This document shows positions 20,448 through 32,001 of a stretch of DNA of 41,337 bases, piece after piece (within the stretch, counting starts at the first letter, position 1; every line of letters starts with the position of its first letter). Location of the stretch: assembly GCA_964491965.1 (NCBI GenBank), contig CAZBIO010000028.1, positions 1-41,337 on the forward strand, given 5' to 3'. The notes below the pieces were generated by a model, which was given only the letters and a program-made list of their open reading frames with translations, was not told where the DNA came from and searched no databases. Source of the DNA: an uncultured Cellulomonas sp. (lineage in GTDB: Bacteria; Actinomycetota; Actinomycetes; Actinomycetales; Cellulomonadaceae). The position numbers were made by a program, and so were the translations under genes.

Positions 20448-21252
20448 ATGGGGCGCAGGGGTGCGGTCGTCGGTCTCGTCGTCGGGAGCCTGATCCTCGG
20501 GGGGTGCGGCATGCCCGACGGCCTGCCCTTCGTGGATGTCCGGCTACGGCGCGGGCGTGCTCGTCACCGATCTCTCGTCGGCGACCGGCAAGAAGGACCT
20601 CGACGCCTGGGTGAACCGGAACTCCGGCGGCCTGGTGAAGCAGTCGGCGATGGAGCCGCGGCCCGACCTGTTGCTGGTGCTCCAGAACGCGATCGCGCTC
20701 GCCGCGCGCTGGGGCACGCGCTTCGAGGCGCCGATGACGCGGGACGACGACTTCACGCTGCCCTCCGGGGGATGCGGTGCCGGCGCCGACGATGCACGGC
20801 GGGGGCCGGTACGCCTACGCCGAGGTCGACGGCTGGCGCGCACTGCGGCTGCCGTACCTGCCGTGGGACGGCGGGCTGCACGCCGACGTCGTCCTGCCGC
20901 CCGAGGGCTCGCCGTCCGCCGCCGACCCGAGGACTAGGTCGACCTGCGCGACGCGCTGACGGCGATGGGCCTGGGACGCCTCCTCGACCCGGACACAGCC
21001 GGCCTCGACGGCCTGCTGGTCGACCCGCTGGGCCTCCCGTTCGTCGGCCAGGCGTGGCAGCAGGCCGTGCTGAGGGTGGACGAGGAGGGCACGCGCGCGG
21101 CGGCCGTCACCGAGATCGGCGTGGCGGGCGGGGCGGCCCCGGCGCCGGAGCCGGTGGAGTTCGTCGTCGACCGGCCGTACCTGTTCGTCGTCGGCGACGG
21201 GGAAACCGGCCTCCCGCTCTTCCTCGCCGCGGTGCTCGACCCGCGCGGCTGA
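20448..21252 (+). pseudogene. Serpin (serine protease inhibitor) family lipoprotein, fragmented
   Basis: Lipobox signal (LILGGC); serpin segments in changing frames: DAWVNRNSGGLV...LQNAIALAARW...FTLPSG; GWRALRLPY...VVLP; VDEEGTRAAAVT...FVVDRPYLFVV...LFLAAVLDP. Confidence 0.85.
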
Positions 21253-21328
21253 GGGTTTCTCCCGATCGCGCCCGGATCCGCCGCCGAGATGATGGCGCCC
21301 ACGGGTGTCGCGGGCCAGGGTGGACGCC

Positions 21329-22246
21329 GTGAGCCCTTCCGTGGCAACGCCCGCTCTGCGCCTCGCCGGCGTGCGCAAGGTGTACTCCACCGCCTCCCAT
21401 CCCGTCGTCGCCGTTGACGGCATCGACTTCGAGGTCGGAGCCGGCGAGATCGTCGCCTTCCTCGGTCCCAACGGCGCCGGCAAAACGACGACGCTCGACA
21501 TGTGCCTCGGCCTGGTCCCGCCGACCGCCGGCACCATCGAGGTGTTCGGCACGGCTCCGCAGGCGGCAGCGCGCGCCGGCAGGGTGTCGGCCGTGCTCCA
21601 GACCGGCGGGCTGCTGCGCGACCTGACCGTGGAGGAGACGGTTCGCGCGATCGCCGCCCTCCACGGCGTGCCGGAGCGCATGGCGGTGGTGATGGAGCGC
21701 GCCGGGATCGTCGAGATCGCCCGGCGCAAGGTGCAGGCGTGCTCCGGCGGCGAGCAGCAGCGGCTGCGGTTCGCGCTGGCGCTGCTGCCGGACCCGCCGT
21801 TACTGGTGCTCGACGAGCCCACCGCCGGCATGGACGTCGCGGCGCGTCGTGCGTTCTGGGAGACCATGCACGACGAGACGCGCGACGGGCGCACGGTCGT
21901 CTTCGCGACCCACTACCTCGAGGAGGCGCAGGCGTTCGCGCCGCGCACCGTGCTCATCGACCACGGCCGGATCCTCGCCGACGGTCCGACGGCGCAGCTG
22001 CGCGGGCTCGTCGGCGACCGGACCGTCGTCGCGACGCTGCCCGGCGCGGACGGCGTCGTCGAACGCCTCCGGGCCATGGCCGGCGTGCGGGACGTGCTGC
22101 GCGAGGGCGACCGGGTGACGGTGACCGGCACGGCGTCCGACGACGTGGCGCGGCTGCTGCTCACGGAGCTGGGAGGCCACGACCTGGAGATCACGGCGCC
22201 CACGCTCGAGTCGGCGTTCCTCGCGCTCACGGAGGAGGACCGGTGA
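21329..22246 (+). CDS. ABC-2 type exporter ATP-binding protein
   Basis: GPNGAGKTT, CSGGEQQR, LVLDEPTAGMD, ATHYLEEA. Confidence 0.92.
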   Translation: MSPSVATPALRLAGVRKVYSTASHPVVAVDGIDFEVGAGEIVAFLGPNGAGKTTTLDMCLGLVPPTAGTIEVFGTAPQAAARAGRVSAVLQTGGLLRDLTVEETVRAIAALHGVPERMAVVMERAGIVEIARRKVQACSGGEQQRLRFALALLPDPPLLVLDEPTAGMDVAARRAFWETMHDETRDGRTVVFATHYLEEAQAFAPRTVLIDHGRILADGPTAQLRGLVGDRTVVATLPGADGVVERLRAMAGVRDVLREGDRVTVTGTASDDVARLLLTELGGHDLEITAPTLESAFLALTEEDR

Positions 22247-23010
22247 ACGCCACGTACCTGCGCATCGACCTGATCCGCCAGATGCGTGACGTGATGAACG
22301 TCGTGTTCTCCATCGGCCTGCCGGTGGTGATGTACCTCGTCTTCGGCTCGACGTTCGCCGCGGGCGACGACCCGGTGGGTGCCGGGAACGCGCGGTTCTA
22401 CGTCCTGTGCGCCATGGCGGCCTACGGGGCGACCGTCGCGTCGACGGCCCTGACGGGGACCGCCGCGGTGGAGCTGATGCAGGGCTGGGGGCGGCAGATC
22501 GCGCTGACGCCGCTGCGGCCGGCCGGGTACGTCGCGACGAAGGTCGTCGTCGGCCTGACCGTCGCGTTCGGCGCGGTCGGCGCGGTCTTCGTGGCCGGCC
22601 TGGCGAACGGCGCGAGGGCCGAGTCGACCTGGCGCTGGGTCGCCACGTTCGCGATCGCGTGGCTCGGGTCGACGCTCTTCGCCCTGTACGGCCTGGCGGT
22701 GGCGCAGCTGTTCCGCAGCGAGAGCGCGATCGGCGTCGGCGCCGCCTCGCTGGTGCTGTTCGCGTTCCTCGGCAACCTGTTCGTGCCGCTGTCCGGCGGC
22801 ATGCTGCAGTTCGCGCGGTGGACGCCCATGTACGGGTACGCCGGGCTGGTCCGGTACCCGCTGATGGAGGGCGCGACCATCCCTACGGGGCCGCCGTCGA
22901 CGGTGCACGTCGACCCGTTGTGGGCGCTCGTGGTCAACTTCGCCGCCTGGGCGGTCGTCTTCGCGGCGATCTGCGTGTGGGCGGTCCGCCGCGGCCGCCG
23001 CCGCCAGTAG
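22243..23010 (+). CDS. ABC-2 type exporter permease
   Basis: GTGA coupling; about six hydrophobic segments, GWGRQIALTPL, FLGNLFVP. Confidence 0.88.
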   Translation: MNATYLRIDLIRQMRDVMNVVFSIGLPVVMYLVFGSTFAAGDDPVGAGNARFYVLCAMAAYGATVASTALTGTAAVELMQGWGRQIALTPLRPAGYVATKVVVGLTVAFGAVGAVFVAGLANGARAESTWRWVATFAIAWLGSTLFALYGLAVAQLFRSESAIGVGAASLVLFAFLGNLFVPLSGGMLQFARWTPMYGYAGLVRYPLMEGATIPTGPPSTVHVDPLWALVVNFAAWAVVFAAICVWAVRRGRRRQ

Positions 23011-23055
23011 CCGCCCCCCAGCTGCCGCCGCCCCCAGCTGCCGCCGCCGCAGCAG
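23011..23055 (+). repeat. Degenerate ~15-bp tandem repeat after the permease stop
   Basis: ccgccccccagctg / ccgccgcccccagctg / ccgccgccgcagcag. Confidence 0.55.
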
Positions 23056-23083
23056 CCACCGCGTGTTCCCTCCGTCTCGCTGC

Positions 23084-23182
23084 CCAACCCCGCCACACGT
23101 GTTACTGAAGTGACTGGTGAGGTTGAAATGACTCGTTATGGGTCGCTTGGCGCCACATCAGTCACACGTGTGGCGGGGTTGG
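23084..23182. repeat. 29-bp inverted repeat with 41-nt lower-GC spacer (REP/MITE-like)
   Basis: CCAACCCCGCCACACGTGTTACTGAAGTG (23084-23112) and CACATCAGTCACACGTGTGGCGGGGTTGG (23154-23182), 2 mismatches. Confidence 0.8.
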
Positions 23183-23226
23183 TCGGGAGAGGGGTGCGAG
23201 GTGGCCGACGAGCTGGCCGGAGCCTC

Positions 23227-23883
23227 TCAGAGGATCACGGGGACCTCGCGGGCCGGGTCCCACGGGCCCGCCCACGCGAGGTCGTCGAGCAGCCGGTCGA
23301 GGACGAAGGCGGTGAAGCCCCAGACGAGCACGTCGGCGACCAGGAACGCCGGGCCGCGGTAGGTGGTGCCCGACCGGCGCAGCACCGACGTGGCGCGGTT
23401 GGCGGGCGCGATCAGGTCCGCGACGGGCACCCGGAACACGTCGACGGTCTCGGCGGGATCGGTCGCCGCGACGGCGGACGGCCGCGTCCACCAGGCCACC
23501 ACCGGCGTCACGATGTTGCCGCTCGCGGTGACGGGCAGCTCCGGCAGCGTGCCGAGCACCTCGACCCCCGAGGGGTCGAGGCCTGTCTCCTCGACCGCCT
23601 CGCGCAGGGCGGCCGCCACCGGCCCGTCGTCGTCGGGGTCGATCCCGCCGCCCGGGAACGACACCTGTCCGGGGTGGTGGGTCAGCGTGGGGGAGCGGCG
23701 CGTCAGCAGCACGTCGAGGTCGTCGGGCACGGCGGCGCTGTGCCGGGACGCGGGAACGCCGTCGAGCACGCCGAACAGGAGGAGGACGGCGGACCGGCGC
23801 GCCGACCGGTCCAGGTCGCCGGGCAGGCGCCACGCGGGGCGCCGGACGACGAGGCCCGCCAGGTCGTCTCTCGGGTGGGTCAC
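23227..23883 (-). CDS. Nudix hydrolase, CoA pyrophosphatase type
   Basis: LLTRRSPTLTHHPGQVSFPGG motif followed by the Nudix box AALREAVEETG; VWGFTA. Confidence 0.9.
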   Translation of the reverse strand: MTHPRDDLAGLVVRRPAWRLPGDLDRSARRSAVLLLFGVLDGVPASRHSAAVPDDLDVLLTRRSPTLTHHPGQVSFPGGGIDPDDDGPVAAALREAVEETGLDPSGVEVLGTLPELPVTASGNIVTPVVAWWTRPSAVAATDPAETVDVFRVPVADLIAPANRATSVLRRSGTTYRGPAFLVADVLVWGFTAFVLDRLLDDLAWAGPWDPAREVPVIL

Positions 23884-24581
23884 GCGCGCGCCCGCACCGC
23901 GTCGGCGAACGCCGCCAGGCCGAGGGTCACCGCAGGCCGCAGGGCGCCGAGGTGCTGGCGGGACTCGAGCCGGATCGCGTCGGCGTCGCCCGGCTCGAGG
24001 TCGGCGACCATCGCCGGCGTCTCCAGCCACAGGTCCAGGAGGGTCGGCTCCACCTCGACGTGGAACTGGAGTCCCACACCGCTGCCGGCCCGGAACGCCT
24101 GGACGGGCGTGACGGGCGTGGACGCCAGGAGCGTCGCGCCGTCGGGGAGGTCGATCGCGTCGTTGTGCCAGTGCAGCACGGTGGGGTGCGCGCCCGCGGG
24201 GGCGAGGACCGGGTCGTGGGCGAGGACGTCGACCGGCGCGAAGCCGACCTCCGTGCCGTGGCGGCGCAGCAGGCGCGCGCCGAGGGCGAGGCCGAGCAGC
24301 TGCATCCCGAGGCAGATGCCGAGGACGGGGACGTCCGCCTCGACCGCCTGCGCCAGCAGCCGGCGCTCGGCGGCGAGGCCGGGGTGGCCGCGGTCGTCGT
24401 CGGCGTCCTGGGGCCCGCCCATGACGACGACGCCGGCGAGCCGGTCGACCGGCGGCAGGGTGGGTGCGGGGTCGTCGACCACCGTGCGCGACGTGACGGG
24501 CACGCCGTCGAGGGCGCGTGAGATCAGGCCGGGGCCCTCGTGGGGGACGTGCGTCAGCAGGAGGACGCCGCGTGAGGTCAC
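23880..24581 (-). CDS. Class I glutamine amidotransferase-like protein (stand-alone)
   Basis: VMGGP, LGICLGMQLL nucleophile elbow, HWHND, GLQFHVE. Confidence 0.9.
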   Translation of the reverse strand: MTSRGVLLLTHVPHEGPGLISRALDGVPVTSRTVVDDPAPTLPPVDRLAGVVVMGGPQDADDDRGHPGLAAERRLLAQAVEADVPVLGICLGMQLLGLALGARLLRRHGTEVGFAPVDVLAHDPVLAPAGAHPTVLHWHNDAIDLPDGATLLASTPVTPVQAFRAGSGVGLQFHVEVEPTLLDLWLETPAMVADLEPGDADAIRLESRQHLGALRPAVTLGLAAFADAVRARA

Positions 24582-24599
24582 GGGGGCGAGCCTAAGCGC

Positions 24600-26765
<2,166 letters not shown>

Positions 26766-26815
26766 TCACCCGTTCGGCTGGTCACGAATCACTCGAACGG
26801 GTGGTACCCGTTCAC

Positions 26816-26831
26816 TCGAACGAGTGTTCGA
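26816..26831. promoter_or_regulatory. LexA SOS box (actinobacterial consensus)
   Basis: TCGAACGAGTGTTCGA is a perfect TCGAAC-N4-GTTCGA. Confidence 0.88.
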
Positions 26832-26853
26832 TGACGGCTCTGACCTGCGGAAA

Positions 26854-26875
26854 TGTCAGTGGTCGGTGGTTGGGT
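26854..26875 (+). promoter_or_regulatory. RecA-NDp/PafBC-type DNA-damage promoter motif
   Basis: TGTCAGTG-N8-TTGGGT, 7 nt before ATG; consensus is TGTCRGtg-N8-TAnnnT, so the -10 has one mismatch. Confidence 0.6.
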
Positions 26876-26882
26876 GGTGGCC

Positions 26883-28397
26883 ATGGAGCTGCTGGCGGTG
26901 GGGACGCGGTGGGACACCGCGGGCGTACCGCTGCCCCCCGATCGTCCGCCGGCGGATCGCCCGTCGTTCGGGGCGGAGGTCGCGTGGTGCGGCGACCTTG
27001 TGGTGGACCCGGAGCGCGACTTCGTCGAAGTCGATGTCGCGGACCGTGCAGGGGAGGCGCGGTGGCTGGCCGCGATGGGCGCGCGGTACGACCGCCGCCT
27101 GGCGGACACCTACCTGCGCGGCGCTGCGGAGCTCGCAGCTCGGTGTGGCGAGCCCGGCGAGGCGCGGCGCCGTGAGTGGGGTGCACGGGCGATGGTCGCG
27201 GAGCTGGCGGTCGCGCTGCATGTTCCGGAGGTCACGCTGGCACATCGCCTGATGCGGATCACCATGCTGGCGGCGTTCCCCCGGTTCGTGGCGGCCGCCG
27301 AGGCCGGGCGCGTGTCGTCGTGGCACTGCGACGTGGTGCTCGATGTGTTCGCCGGGATCACGGACCCCGCGGCGCTTGCCGCCGCAGATGCGGCGTTGAT
27401 CGATCGGGCGCTCGTGGCGACGGCGCCGCAGTTGCGCACGTCCGCGCGGCGCTGGCGGTCACGCCATCTGCCGCCCACTCCCGAGGAACGCACCGCGCAC
27501 CTCGCCGATCGCCACGTGCGGGTCACTCCGGCGGACCAGGACATGGTGTGGCTGACGGCGCTGATCCCCGTGGCCGCGGGGATGGCGATCGACGAGCGGC
27601 TCTCCCAGCTGGCCGCGGTGTCGGACGGAGCAGGTGATGGGCGGACGAAGGCGCAGATCCGCGCCGACGCGCTCGTCGACCTCCTGCTGAGCCCAGGAAC
27701 GGCCCCGGACCTCACGGCGTCGGCTGACGCCTCGGCGACTGACGCGGCAGAGGTGATCGCTGCGTGCGAGGACTCATCGTGCGACGACGAGGGCGGCCGG
27801 GGTCGGCCCGCGATGCCGACGTGGGTGCGGGGGATCAGGCCTGATCTCGTGCTGACGGTGCCGGTGCTGTCGCTGCTGGGGCACTCGGACGAGCCGGCCG
27901 AGCTCGAGGGTTTCGGGCCGATCGACCTCGACACCGCACGGACGCTCGCGGCGCAGGCGCCGTCCTTCGTGCGAGCCCTGACCGATCCCGAGACCGGCGC
28001 GGTGCTGTCGGTCGGCCGGGACCGGTACCGACTGCCCGCCGACCTCAAGCGCGCGGTGCAGCTTCGCGACCAGACCTGCCGGTTCCCGGGATGTCGACGG
28101 CGGGCGCGCGACTGCGACGTCGACCACTCCACCGCCTGGGCTGACGGCGGCGGCTCCGACATGTGCAATCTGGAGTGCCTCTGCCGCAAGCACCATCGCC
28201 TCAAGCACGCGATGGGCTGGACCGTCACCCACCGAGCCGGTGGCGTCCTGGACTGGACCTCGCCGACGGGTGCTCGCTACACCACCGAGCCGGGAGCGCT
28301 GTGGCCCCCGCCGCCTCCTGAGCCATGGGCATGCCAACCACCATCCGACCCGCATCCACGGGTGGCTTCCGCCTATCCGGACGAGCCGCCGTTCTGA
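26883..28397 (+). CDS. DUF222 (13E12-repeat family) protein with C-terminal HNH endonuclease
   Basis: RTKAQIRADALVDLL, ELEGFGPI, RDQTCRFPGC...CDVDHSTAWADGG...NLECLCRKHHRLKH, WTSPTG, terminal EPPF. Confidence 0.9.
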   Translation: MELLAVGTRWDTAGVPLPPDRPPADRPSFGAEVAWCGDLVVDPERDFVEVDVADRAGEARWLAAMGARYDRRLADTYLRGAAELAARCGEPGEARRREWGARAMVAELAVALHVPEVTLAHRLMRITMLAAFPRFVAAAEAGRVSSWHCDVVLDVFAGITDPAALAAADAALIDRALVATAPQLRTSARRWRSRHLPPTPEERTAHLADRHVRVTPADQDMVWLTALIPVAAGMAIDERLSQLAAVSDGAGDGRTKAQIRADALVDLLLSPGTAPDLTASADASATDAAEVIAACEDSSCDDEGGRGRPAMPTWVRGIRPDLVLTVPVLSLLGHSDEPAELEGFGPIDLDTARTLAAQAPSFVRALTDPETGAVLSVGRDRYRLPADLKRAVQLRDQTCRFPGCRRRARDCDVDHSTAWADGGGSDMCNLECLCRKHHRLKHAMGWTVTHRAGGVLDWTSPTGARYTTEPGALWPPPPPEPWACQPPSDPHPRVASAYPDEPPF

Positions 28398-28407
28398 CGT
28401 GCCCGGG

Positions 28408-29289
28408 CTACTCCTTCACCGCACCGGTGCCCGACGACATGATGCGGCGCTGGAAGATGAAGAAGAGCACCGCCACGGGGATGGTCATCAGCGCGGCCGC
28501 CGCGAGCTTGACCGGGTACTGCGTGCCCGAGCTCAGGGCGCCGGACGCGAGCTGCGCGACGCCCTTGGTCAGCGTGAACAGGTCGGCGTCCGACGAGGCG
28601 ACGATGAAGTGCGCCAGCTCGTTCCACGAGCCCTGGAACGAGAGGATCCCGATGGTCACCAGTGCGGGAACCGCCATCGGCAGGATGACGGACCACCAGA
28701 GCCGGAACGTCCCCGCTCCGTCGATGCGCGCCGCCTCCTCGATCGCCGGTGGGATCGACTCGAAGAAGTTCTTCATGATGAACACGCCGGCGGCGTCGGC
28801 GATGAGCGGGATCATCAGGCCGGAGAACGAGTTGTACATCCCGAGCTGGTTGATGACGAGGAACTTCGGGATCAGCAGCACCACGCCGGGCACCGCCATC
28901 ACGGCGACCAGCAGGGCGAACACGACCCTGCGCCCGAAGAACGACAACCGCGCCAGCGCGTACCCGGCGAGCGAGTCGACGAACATCCGCCCGACCGTGA
29001 CCACCACCGTCACCAGCACCGAGTTGCGGAACCACAGCGGGAAGTCCGAGCGGCGGAACAGGGTCTCGTAGGCCGCCGTGGTCCACGTCTGCGGTACGAG
29101 CGAAAGCGGGTCGCTCGCCGCCTCCGCGTTCGTCTTGAAGCTCGTCGCCACCTGGATGAGGAACGGGTAGATGTACAGGACCGCGATGACGCTGAGGACG
29201 ACGTAGACGGCCACCGTCGCGGTGCGCCGCGGGTGCTCGTACCGTGCGAGGGCGGCGGCGCGGGCGGTCGTCGAGACGTGGACGCTCAT
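28408..29289 (-). CDS. Carbohydrate ABC transporter permease (MalG-like)
   Basis: EAA motif IEEAARIDGAG, LAGYALARL, QGSWNE. Confidence 0.92.
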   Translation of the reverse strand: MSVHVSTTARAAALARYEHPRRTATVAVYVVLSVIAVLYIYPFLIQVATSFKTNAEAASDPLSLVPQTWTTAAYETLFRRSDFPLWFRNSVLVTVVVTVGRMFVDSLAGYALARLSFFGRRVVFALLVAVMAVPGVVLLIPKFLVINQLGMYNSFSGLMIPLIADAAGVFIMKNFFESIPPAIEEAARIDGAGTFRLWWSVILPMAVPALVTIGILSFQGSWNELAHFIVASSDADLFTLTKGVAQLASGALSSGTQYPVKLAAAALMTIPVAVLFFIFQRRIMSSGTGAVKE

Positions 29290-30455
29290 CGTGCCGCCTC
29301 CGCCTCGTCACCCACGGTCACGGCCGCCAGCCCCGGTGCCACCGGCCCGCCGACCCCGGGCGGCGGCGGTGGCCCGCCCGGACCGGCCCGCCGGCGCCGA
29401 GGCACGCCGCGCTCGCGCTGGAGGAATCGCTGGAGCAGCGCGAACACGACGATGATCGCGAAGAGGATGAAGGCGATCGCCGCGCCGCGACCCCACTGGT
29501 TGCTGATGAATGCGGCGTCGTAAGAGAGGTAGGCCGGGGTCAGCGTCGTCTTGCCCGGACCGCCCTGGGTGCCGGTGTAGATCTGGTCGAACACCTGCCA
29601 GCACCCGATCAGGCCCAGCGTGACCACCGTGGTGACCGTCGGCCGCAGCATCGGCACCGTGATGAGCCGGAACCGCTGGAAGGCGGTCGCGCCGTCCACC
29701 ATCGCGGCCTCGTCGACGTCGGCGGAGATGGACTGGAGCGCGGCGAGGAACAGGAGCATGAACGTGCCGGAGGTGGTGAAGACGCCCATGAGCATGAAGG
29801 CGCTCATCGCGACGCTCGGCCCGGCCAGCCACTGCCACCAGCTGATGCCGAGGAGTCCGTGCTGTGCCAGGGGCGCCGGGGCCGTGTCGACGCCGACGAC
29901 CCCGAGCAGGAGGTGGATCAGGCCGCCCGGGTCGCTGAACCAGTTCGGGCCGTTCCAGCCCACCCACGAGAGCACCTCGTTGATCGCGCCGGTGGCGCTG
30001 AACAGGAAGAGCCACAGCACCGTGATCGCCACCGAGCTGGTGACCGACGGGAAGTAGTAGGCGGTGCGGAAGAAGCCCTTGCCGCGCATGAGCTTGCGGT
30101 TGACCATCACGGCGAGCACCAGCGACAGCAGCGTCTGCACGGGCACGACGAGCAGCACGTAGTAGAAGCTGTTGCGCATCGATGTGCCGAGGTCCGACGT
30201 CGCGAGCCCGGAGCCGAGCAGGATCTGGGAGTAGTTGCGGGTCCCGACGAACCCGACGTCGGACCCCAGGGGACTGCCGCGCCCGGACCAGTCGGAGAAG
30301 CTCACCCAGAGCGCCATGAACACCGGCACGGCGATGAACACCCCGATGAGCGCCACGGCGGGTGCGATGAACACCCACCCGGCGCCGTTGCGGCGGGTGA
30401 CCGAACGTCGCCGGCGGCGGGGTGGGGCGGCCGTGGGCATGGCGACGGCACTCAT
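29286..30455 (-). CDS. Carbohydrate ABC transporter permease (MalF-like)
   Basis: AGGAGG RBS; FRTAYYFPSVTS, EAA motif VDEAAMVDGA, FRLITVPMLRP, QVFDQIY. Confidence 0.92.
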   Translation of the reverse strand: MSAVAMPTAAPPRRRRRSVTRRNGAGWVFIAPAVALIGVFIAVPVFMALWVSFSDWSGRGSPLGSDVGFVGTRNYSQILLGSGLATSDLGTSMRNSFYYVLLVVPVQTLLSLVLAVMVNRKLMRGKGFFRTAYYFPSVTSSVAITVLWLFLFSATGAINEVLSWVGWNGPNWFSDPGGLIHLLLGVVGVDTAPAPLAQHGLLGISWWQWLAGPSVAMSAFMLMGVFTTSGTFMLLFLAALQSISADVDEAAMVDGATAFQRFRLITVPMLRPTVTTVVTLGLIGCWQVFDQIYTGTQGGPGKTTLTPAYLSYDAAFISNQWGRGAAIAFILFAIIVVFALLQRFLQRERGVPRRRRAGPGGPPPPPGVGGPVAPGLAAVTVGDEAEAAR

Positions 30456-30475
30456 GGTGCCTCCTGGTGGCATGC

Positions 30476-30506
30476 CCGGGGCCGGGCGGACCCGCCCAGC
30501 CCCCGG
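30476..30506 (-). terminator. GC-rich stem-loop between the binding-protein and permease genes (mRNA stabiliser or partial terminator)
   Basis: ccggggccgggcgg-ac-ccgcccagcccccgg, imperfect hairpin. Confidence 0.5.
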
Positions 30507-30514
30507 CGACGGGA

Positions 30515-31807
30515 CTACGAGTTGTTCTCGTCGAGGACGGCCTGCAGGTTCGTCTGGACCGAGCTGAGGATCGCCTTCGGGTCGGCGCTCGCGAGCCCCT
30601 CGAGCTGCGAGTTGAAGTCCGAGATCACGGTGGACGCCCCTCGGGCCCGGACGACGTTCTGCGCGAAGGCTGCCGAGTCGACGAACGCGGCCTCGTCGGG
30701 CAGCGCCTCCTTGAACCCTTGCGCCGCGGACTGGACCGACGGCATGACGCCGAAGGCCTGGGCGAACTCGATCTGCCGCTCGGTGGCCGTCAGGTACTTG
30801 ACGAGATCGATGGCGGAGTCGTGGTTGTCCGAGTCGGTCGGGATGCCCCAGCAGGTGGTGAACTGGAGGGTGCCCTGGCCGCCCGGTCCGGCCGGCAGCG
30901 GCACCACCGTGTACTTGACGTCGGGGTAGTCGTTCGTCATCGCGCCGACGATCCAGTTGCCCTCGATCGTCATCGCCGCCTTGTTGGTGCCGAACGCCTC
31001 GCCGCCCCACCCGGCGCCGACGGCCGACGCGAAGGCGAACGAGCCGGCGTTGATCTGGTCCTTGACGAACGTCAGGGCGGCGAGGTTCTCGGGGCTGTCC
31101 ACCGTGGCGGTGGTGCCGTCGTCGCTGACCATCGTGCCCCCGGCCTGCGCGAAGAACGCCGCGACCCGGGCGTACTCGCCGGAGAACGCCAGCCCCACCC
31201 GGCCCTCGGCGGTCAGCCGCTGGGCCGCGGAGGCGAGCTGGTCCCACGTGGTCGGGATGTCGGCATCCGTCAGGCCCGCGGCGCTCCAGTCGTCGGTGTT
31301 GATGACGAGCGCGAGCGTCGAGAAGTCCTTCGGCGCGCAGTAGAGGGTCCCGTCGTACGTGAACTGGTCGACGAGGGCCGGGTAGAAGTCCGAGACCGCG
31401 TCGAGCTGGTCGCCGTACGCGAAGAGCGAGCCGTTCGCGGCGTACGCCTCGAACTGGTCCCCGCTCGTGTAGAAGAGGTCCGGCGGCTGCCCGGACGCGA
31501 ACCCCTAGCTGAGCTCCTGCACCAGGTCGGACGCGACGCGAACCTCCGCCTGCGTGCCCGACTGCTCGGACCAGGCGGCCACCGCCGAGTTGACGGCGTC
31601 GGTCTCCGCGTCCCCGCTGGAGCCGATGAGGATCGTCAGCGACCCTCCTCCGCCGCCGCCCCCGCCGGTGGCCGTCCCGCCGGCGCCGGGGGACGTGGTG
31701 GTGCCTCCACCGGCGAACCCCGAACCGCACGCGGCCAGCGCGAGCAGTGCGGCGAAGGCGGCGGCGACGGTACCGAAGCGACGTGTCATGACGTGCTGTG
31801 CGCTCAT
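30515..31807 (-). pseudogene. Sugar ABC transporter solute-binding lipoprotein interrupted by one in-frame TAG (codon 101)
   Basis: Lipobox LAACG; reads QELS*GFASGQPPDLFY...APKDFSTLALVIN...AAMTIEGNW in one frame; stop at 31505-31507. Confidence 0.8.
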
Positions 31808-32001
31808 GGTCCCGCTCCTTTGTCGAACGGCGACACGCACCGGCGGGTCACCGTGCTGCCTCTAGACGCTAAGTCGGGTCGGACGAGCCCGCACGGCGAG
31901 CCTGGGTCGGGGCCCCAGCGAGAGAGTCCGGGGGCGGCGACCTAGCCTGGGGGGCGGGGGGCAACAGCCCGAGCAGCTCGTCGGTCGCGAAGAGGTGGAC
32001 C

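Noticed and set aside
23011-23182. CRISPR array or tRNA
   Set aside because: No regularly spaced direct repeats with unique spacers, no cas genes and no cloverleaf motifs here or elsewhere in the window.
31505-31507. Programmed amber readthrough or pyrrolysine
   Set aside because: Other genes here end normally in TAG (tdk, sepH, the PFL-like gene) and no pyl genes are visible; a point change is simpler.
29286-31730. 814-aa ORF suggesting a binding protein-permease fusion
   Set aside because: The upstream part is out of frame with the binding protein; the permease has its own RBS and ATG at 30455.
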